From Verrucomicrobiota bacterium (GTDB lineage Bacteria; Verrucomicrobiota; Verrucomicrobiia; JABWAM01), in the NCBI GenBank assembly GCA_013288215.1, contig JABDCI010000007.1, forward strand, positions 1 to 56,109: a DNA stretch of 56,109 nucleotides, read 5' to 3'. The notes beneath the pieces were generated by a model. It did not search any database. It was not told the origin of the DNA and worked only from the letters and a program-made list of their open reading frames with translations. The position numbers and the translations under genes are program-made. Numbering within the stretch: the stretch's first letter is position 1; each line of letters starts with the position of its first letter. This document shows positions 50,451-56,109 of the stretch, piece by piece.

Positions 50451-52595
50451 CTAGTTCGCGCGAGCGGGGGCTTTGCGTTCCGCGCTGGCCAGCGCGCTGC
50501 CTTCCTGAGCGTCGCGTTCGGCCATGGCAGCCTTGCGGCTTAAACGCACGCGGCCCTTTTCGTCCACTCCGATGCATTTGACCCACATTTCGTCGCCCTG
50601 TTTGCATACGTCTTCGACTTTATTGACACGCATATTTGCGAGTTCGGAAATATGAACCATTCCATCCCGGCCCGGCATGACTTCGACGAAGCAGCCGAAT
50701 TCCTTGATGGTCACCACGCGGCCCCGATAAGTCTTGCCTACTTCGATGTCGCCGGCAATTCCCTCGACAAGGGACGCTGCTTTGTCGATGGCTTCCTGGC
50801 TTGAGCTGTAAATTTTGACTTCGCCCGAATCATCGATGGAAATTTCGGCTCCTGTTTCGTCCTGGATCTTGCGGATCATCTTGCCACCCGGCCCAATGAC
50901 GGCGCCAATCTTCTCAGGATTAATACGCACCACCTTCACCTTGGGCGCATAAGCTGAAAGCTGCGCCCGCGGCTCCGCAATCACTTGATCCATCACATCA
51001 AGGATCTGCATCCGGGCTCGTTGCGCTGCTGCGATCGCCTCCTTCATGATGGGGAAAGGCAAACCCGCGAGCTTGAGATCGAGCTGAAATCCGGTAATGC
51101 CTTGACGCGTGCCCGCCACCTTGAAATCCATATCACCGAACGCGTCTTCCGTGCCAAGAATATCGGTCAGAAGCACGGCGCGATCCTGTTCCTTCACCAA
51201 ACCGATCGAGATGCCCGCCACAGGGGCCTTCAGAGGCACTCCCGCATCCAAAAGAGCGAGCGTTCCGCCACAAATGGAAGCCATGGAGGTGGAACCATTC
51301 GATTCCATGATTTCCGAACTCAAACGGATCGTGTAGGGGAACTCGGGTCCTTTCGGAATCATCGGTTCGATCGAACGCTCGGCAAGGGCTCCATGGCCGA
51401 TCTCGCGGCGTCCTGGGGAGCCGAATCGGCCGGTTTCGTTCACGCTGAAGGGCGGAAAATTGTAATGGAGGATAAAGCTCTTTGAGTTTTCGCCGCCTCC
51501 GTAATTATCCATTTCCTGGGTGTCCTCCGGCGAGCCGAGAGTCGCGAGCACCACGGTCTGGGTCTCGCCTCTCTGAAACATGGCAGAACCATGGGAGCGA
51601 GGAAGAAAACCCACCTCGCCCGAAAGGGCGCGAAGCTGATCGGTCCCCCGTCCATCACAACGTTTGCCATGATGGATAATGGTGTCGCGGATGGCGCGCT
51701 TCTGAATATATTCAAAAGCCTGACCGATTTCAAACGGTGTGATGTCAGGATATTTGGGAGTGAGCGTCGCAATCACCTCATCGCGAAGTTTGGAAACCTG
51801 CCCTTCGCGCTCCAGCTTGCTCGGAGTAAGGAGGGCTGGCACAATGCGTTCACCCACAAGCGCGCGTGCTTCTTCGAGAATCGATTCGCGGGGAATTCTG
51901 AGCACGGGAATGCGTTTTGTTTTTCCGGCCTGCTGCGCGAGTTCGCGCTGCATTGCGACCATTTCCTTCACATGCGTGTGCGCGAATTCCATGGCGCGAT
52001 AAAAGTCATTTTCCGTAATTTCGTCCGATGCGCCTTCAATCATCAGGATATCCTCATCGGTGCCGACGTAAACGAGATCGAGTGTGCTGTCGAGCATCTC
52101 GGAATGGGTGGGATTTGCGACAAATTGGTCATGAACGCGGCCAACGCGCACAGCACCAATCGGCCCGTTCCACGGAATATCGGAAACCATCAATGCTGCG
52201 GAAGCTCCATTGATCGTGAGAATGTCGGGATCGATTTCGCCATCTGCGGAAAGAAGAATTCCAATCACCTGGGTTTCATTCATGAAACCTTTGGGAAAGA
52301 GCGTGCGCAGCGGACGATCGATCATGCGGCTCGTCAAAATTTCTTTTTCCGTGGGGCGCCCTTCGCGTTTGAAGTAGCCGCCCGGAAACTTACCGGCAGC
52401 AGCGGCTTTCTCGCGATAATCCACAGTAAGTGGAAACCAGTCCTTGTCCGTGGGCTTGGTGGCAGCCACGGAGGAGACGACGACGATGGTGTCGCCGGAA
52501 CGAACCGTTACAGAACCGTCGGCTTGCTTGGCAAAGCGACCGGTTTCAATGGTGATATCATGTTGGCCGATGCGGCGGGAGACTGATGTAGGCAT
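50451..52595 (-). CDS. pnp: Polyribonucleotide nucleotidyltransferase
   Basis: [29 protein letters not shown] and GDMDFKVAG; KH and S1 domains. Confidence 0.97.
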   Translation of the reverse strand: MPTSVSRRIGQHDITIETGRFAKQADGSVTVRSGDTIVVVSSVAATKPTDKDWFPLTVDYREKAAAAGKFPGGYFKREGRPTEKEILTSRMIDRPLRTLFPKGFMNETQVIGILLSADGEIDPDILTINGASAALMVSDIPWNGPIGAVRVGRVHDQFVANPTHSEMLDSTLDLVYVGTDEDILMIEGASDEITENDFYRAMEFAHTHVKEMVAMQRELAQQAGKTKRIPVLRIPRESILEEARALVGERIVPALLTPSKLEREGQVSKLRDEVIATLTPKYPDITPFEIGQAFEYIQKRAIRDTIIHHGKRCDGRGTDQLRALSGEVGFLPRSHGSAMFQRGETQTVVLATLGSPEDTQEMDNYGGGENSKSFILHYNFPPFSVNETGRFGSPGRREIGHGALAERSIEPMIPKGPEFPYTIRLSSEIMESNGSTSMASICGGTLALLDAGVPLKAPVAGISIGLVKEQDRAVLLTDILGTEDAFGDMDFKVAGTRQGITGFQLDLKLAGLPFPIMKEAIAAAQRARMQILDVMDQVIAEPRAQLSAYAPKVKVVRINPEKIGAVIGPGGKMIRKIQDETGAEISIDDSGEVKIYSSSQEAIDKAASLVEGIAGDIEVGKTYRGRVVTIKEFGCFVEVMPGRDGMVHISELANMRVNKVEDVCKQGDEMWVKCIGVDEKGRVRLSRKAAMAERDAQEGSALASAERKAPARAN

Positions 52596-52631
52596 AATAG
52601 AGGGATGCGACGACCCAAATCTTGACCCTCT

Positions 52632-52699
52632 GGCATTGGCAAGAGAACATCACGAAGCCCAAGGAAATCGGAATCCGAGATGTGCTCTGCAACAATGCC
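52632..52699 (-). promoter_or_regulatory. Long irregular stem-loop in the rpsO-pnp intergenic leader
   Basis: GGCAUUG(UU)GCAGAGCACAUC pairs with GAUGUUCUC(U)UGCCAAUGCC, about 19 bp with bulges. Confidence 0.55.
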
Positions 52700-52723
52700 T
52701 GGGGACGAATAAACGGTCGACGC

Positions 52724-52987
52724 TTACTTTCTGAGGTTAAGTTTCTTGATGAGCTTCTGATAGCGAGGCGTATCGGTGCGATTGAGATAATCCAACAAAG
52801 TCCGGCGCTGGCTTACCATGCGAAGCAAGCCACGGCGCGAGCTATGGTCCTTGATATTCTTCTGCAGGTGGCCGGTCAACTCGTTGATATGCTCGGTCAA
52901 CAGGGCGATCTGCACGTCCGTCGAGCCTGTGTCCTTGTCATGCAACTGATGTTCCTTCGCGATCTGCTTTTTGATTTTAGCTTCCAT
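52724..52987 (-). CDS. rpsO: 30S ribosomal protein S15
   Basis: [36 protein letters not shown] and LNLRK. Confidence 0.96.
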   Translation of the reverse strand: MEAKIKKQIAKEHQLHDKDTGSTDVQIALLTEHINELTGHLQKNIKDHSSRRGLLRMVSQRRTLLDYLNRTDTPRYQKLIKKLNLRK

Positions 52988-53044
52988 ACTTTCATGCGTA
53001 AACCCACCCAAACGAATGCCGGGACGGCTTCACGTAGAAGGGAC

Positions 53045-53073
53045 ATTCTAGGAGGGCTTGATGTCCGAAGCAA
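53045..53073 (-). promoter_or_regulatory. Sigma70-type promoter of rpsO-pnp
   Basis: TTGCTT-17 nt-TAGAAT on the minus strand, about 55 nt upstream of the rpsO ATG. Confidence 0.65.
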
Positions 53074-53104
53074 GCTTCATTTTTCCCGACTAGGTCGGTT
53101 CCCC

Positions 53105-55597
53105 TCAATGCTTCGTGGCTCGGATATATTCCCCCCTCCATGACTCGGGAGGAGGATGTATAAGAAATTCATGAATCCTCTGGACAAAAACAAAGCTCGG
53201 GGGGTCCTTTGGAAACTCCTTCAAGATTTCTTCAAAGGACGCCAGGGACAAAGTCCATTCCCGTTTCCAATAAAGTTCCATCGCTCTTGCAAACGCTTCC
53301 GCCAGTCGAATCTGTGCGGCAGACGCCTGAGCCCGTGTCGCCATGAGTTCGTAGATGAGAATCGGCTCCGTCTTGCCCAAGACCACGATTTTGTCCATTG
53401 GACGGGCCACCATTTCGCCTTGGGTTCGCTCGAACGTGTTTTGGCCGATTAAAATGCGGATGCCGTAATCCTTGGCGGCAGGCTCAAGTCGCGCCGCAAA
53501 GTTGACCGCATCACCCATCACGGTGTACTCATGGCGCTCGCGCGATCCCATCTTGCCAGCGGAAACAATGCCGGAATTGATTCCCATGCGCACTTTGAGA
53601 TCAATCCGATATTTGGTTTGAAAGTGAGACCTGATTTCATCGACAACCGCCTGCTGTTCCAGCGCGGAAAAGCATGCCTGGGCAGCATGGTCCCCCGGCT
53701 TCTCAAAAAGCCCCCAGACCGCCATGATGCCATCGCCCGCGAATTTGTTCAGATATCCGTCGCGCGCAAGAATCAGATCCGCCATAGGGGTGAGATAGTC
53801 GTTCAAAAGATCCGCCATCTTCACGGGCTCGATCTTTTCTGAAATGTTGGTGAATCCTGCCACGTCTGAAAAGAACATCGTGGCTTCCGTTCGCCGGCCG
53901 TGCAGTTCCTCAGGATGCTCTTCCATATATTTGAGCACGCGCGGAGAAACCATCGCCGAGAATTTTTTGCGGATTTCAATCACCTCCTGCTGTTCCGTGT
54001 AATAGCGATAGAGATAAATGGCGCCAAAGGCGCCAAACACCGACAGGCCTGGCAGCACCATGGGCACCGCGACATTAAAAAAGACCAGCATGATCGGGCC
54101 CGCCACGACCGCCACGAGGAGCCATATCTCAGCGATCGCCGAAAAGCGAAGATCGGTGAACGCGTTCAAAAGCCACATCAACAACATCAAAACCGAGAGA
54201 TAGACCGCGGTTTGAGTGGTTGTCATGACGCGAAAGAAGCTTTGGCGCAAGATATTGTCGATCGCCGTCATGTGAATAAAAACGAGCGGCGTGTTGGGAT
54301 CGACGGCGCAGGGTCCAATGTCGCTCGCTCCCGTGAAGGTTAGTCCCGCAAGAACAATGTGATCCCTCATCATGTCTTGAAGCTCATGAACCTTGGTCAA
54401 TTGCTGGCGGGTAGAAGGATCTAAAGATGATTTTCCTTGCGCATACCTTAATCTGTCTGCGCCACGAAGGATATCGATGTACGTAAATTGGGAGAAATCG
54501 CCAAGAGTTCCCTCGAAATTCAAAATCATATTCCCATACCGATCGATGGGGATTCGCAACGTCCGGTCCTTGCTTTGCAAAACAATCTCTTTTCCGAAAT
54601 GCACCGAGAGTCCGGTTCCAGGCTTGAAGAAATTTGGGTTGATATCCAGCTTCAACAGGCAGGCCTTCAATGCAAGCGAGGCGACAAAAACGGGCTCGTT
54701 GTTCTTCAGTGGATTTCGAAAGGCCATGATGAGGGGAATGCGCCGGACAATTCCATCCGCATCGCGTGGCACGTTCATGAATCCCATCGGCATCACTCCT
54801 GATGGCATCGGATTCAGCGGCAACGGGTCGAACGGAAGCGTGGCATTATCTGCAAACGGCATATCAGCTGGGATATTTTGGAAACAATGGATCGGAATTT
54901 CCCGTTTTTCCAATGCCTCCAATTTTTCACGATCACGCATTTTATCCTTATCCCATGGATCGGCATGATTCAGCGTGCTGGAATTCAGCGTGTAGGCTGC
55001 GAGAATCTGAAGCTGGGTCTGGCCGCTCTCCCTCCAATCATCACAATCCGTCACAATCTCGGCAAAACTGCTATTACTCGCATCATCGAGCAAGTTCAGA
55101 AGCCCGGTCCTTGGAAATTCCGGATCGTGCACCGCCTGCGAAAAAGGGAGCTTGCTTTGACGCAAAAACGCATCAACCACGGAATCTTCTTTCGAGGAAC
55201 GATAAGGCGTCAGCAAGAGATCGTAGGCGAAAACCTTCGGGCGGTATTCCAGCGCCAGCGGAGCAATGGCCTGAATCCAGTTCTCGCGCGTAAGCCACCC
55301 GCCCACTCCCCAGCGAGCTGAATATTGTGAACATTTTGGATCCGTTGATTCTTCATCGACACCCGCAAGAACCACCTCGTGGGACACGAGGATCTTCTCA
55401 AACTTCTGTTTCAAATGACATCGGACCAGGAACTTCTGGAATTTCTGTTTCAAATGATAGCGAATCTGAAACCGCAGATCGACGCTTCGATCCTCATAGG
55501 ATTCCACCCATTTCAACGCATTGGCGATCATCGCAACGCCTCCGATCAACTCACAGATCAGAAGCAGGGCGACAATGGAGCTCTTTCTGCCAGACAT
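53105..55597 (-). CDS. CHASE2-domain class III adenylate cyclase
   Basis: CHASE2 (DADGIVRRIP, GTLGDF..YIDIL), three TM helices, FSDVAGFT, NKFAGDGIMAVWG and YTVMGDAVNFAARLE; Lys/Thr purine pocket suggests ATP specificity. Confidence 0.9.
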   Translation of the reverse strand: MSGRKSSIVALLLICELIGGVAMIANALKWVESYEDRSVDLRFQIRYHLKQKFQKFLVRCHLKQKFEKILVSHEVVLAGVDEESTDPKCSQYSARWGVGGWLTRENWIQAIAPLALEYRPKVFAYDLLLTPYRSSKEDSVVDAFLRQSKLPFSQAVHDPEFPRTGLLNLLDDASNSSFAEIVTDCDDWRESGQTQLQILAAYTLNSSTLNHADPWDKDKMRDREKLEALEKREIPIHCFQNIPADMPFADNATLPFDPLPLNPMPSGVMPMGFMNVPRDADGIVRRIPLIMAFRNPLKNNEPVFVASLALKACLLKLDINPNFFKPGTGLSVHFGKEIVLQSKDRTLRIPIDRYGNMILNFEGTLGDFSQFTYIDILRGADRLRYAQGKSSLDPSTRQQLTKVHELQDMMRDHIVLAGLTFTGASDIGPCAVDPNTPLVFIHMTAIDNILRQSFFRVMTTTQTAVYLSVLMLLMWLLNAFTDLRFSAIAEIWLLVAVVAGPIMLVFFNVAVPMVLPGLSVFGAFGAIYLYRYYTEQQEVIEIRKKFSAMVSPRVLKYMEEHPEELHGRRTEATMFFSDVAGFTNISEKIEPVKMADLLNDYLTPMADLILARDGYLNKFAGDGIMAVWGLFEKPGDHAAQACFSALEQQAVVDEIRSHFQTKYRIDLKVRMGINSGIVSAGKMGSRERHEYTVMGDAVNFAARLEPAAKDYGIRILIGQNTFERTQGEMVARPMDKIVVLGKTEPILIYELMATRAQASAAQIRLAEAFARAMELYWKREWTLSLASFEEILKEFPKDPPSFVFVQRIHEFLIHPPPESWRGEYIRATKH
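55385..55457. repeat. 39-bp in-frame tandem duplication inside the cyclase gene
   Basis: TTCTGTTTCAAATGA at 55404-55418 and 55443-55457; protein reads HLKQKFQKFLVRC-HLKQKFEKILV. Confidence 0.85.
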
Positions 55598-55654
55598 TGG
55601 CGCGACCCTAACACTCCATGAAAAACATTTGAAGCGATAAACGCGATGGATGGA

Positions 55655-56077
55655 TTAGTCCGTGGAGCTCATGCTCATCACCCGCATGGGATGCTGTGCC
55701 CTCGCCTGGCGCACTTCGTCATTGTAGAGATCACGTTGATGCTGCATCTCGAGCCAGAGTCTTTCCAAGTCCATCATCCCATTCGGCTGCACCTTAAGCG
55801 AAGCTTTCAAGCCCATGAGCCCAAGAAAACTCATGCCTGGCGGATCCCAACTCCAATGGGCGCGCAACCACTCCCTCTCCTTCCTCACGAAATCCTCCAC
55901 TCCGGCCGGCCCGCTTTCAAAATCAACATCGATCGCCTCCTCTTTCTCGCGGCTCGCGTAAAATCTCATCACGTTCGGGCGGAAAGACCCTGTCCTCTCC
56001 AAGGCCTGCGCATAACAGCTGTCGTCGATGAAGAGAACGCGCGCGTAATCTTGCGCAGCCGCGTTGATGGCTTCCAA
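55655..56077 (-). CDS. Hypothetical protein
   Basis: 140-aa ORF codirectional with the cyclase; no family recognised; the start may lie further upstream. Confidence 0.5.
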   Translation of the reverse strand: MEAINAAAQDYARVLFIDDSCYAQALERTGSFRPNVMRFYASREKEEAIDVDFESGPAGVEDFVRKEREWLRAHWSWDPPGMSFLGLMGLKASLKVQPNGMMDLERLWLEMQHQRDLYNDEVRQARAQHPMRVMSMSSTD

Positions 56078-56109
56078 GAGCCGCCCCCCCGGAAGATCAT
56101 CCCCCTTCG

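Overview
A 56-kb chromosomal window from a diderm bacterium. It probably belongs to the PVC superphylum, most likely Verrucomicrobiota; this is an inference from the GYF_2, H-X9-DG and PVC-type zinc-ribbon domains and from mcsAB-clpC in a genome encoding Lnt and a GT9. Most genes are core or envelope functions: pyrE, pilT, aroF, rbfA-ilvE-mcsA-mcsB-clpC, lnt-pgsA, an Opp/Dpp ABC operon and rpsO-pnp. There is also a glycan-tailoring cluster (B12 radical SAM, GT2, AsnB, carbamoyltransferase) interrupted by a vapBC module, and a small carbohydrate locus (GH99/71-like enzyme, two paralogous beta-sandwich proteins and an H-X9-DG remnant). I saw no rRNA, tRNA, CRISPR array, integrase or transposase. 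The most unusual items are an orphan, charge-depleted minimal flagellin behind a sigma70-type promoter with a palindromic spacer; a ComEA-like HhH + Roadblock/LC7 + zinc-ribbon fusion downstream of clpC; a ferredoxin-fold protein lacking all cluster cysteines; an antitoxin that appears to start leaderless at ATT; and structured leaders around rpsO-pnp. All family calls come from motif recognition by eye; no database searches were run.
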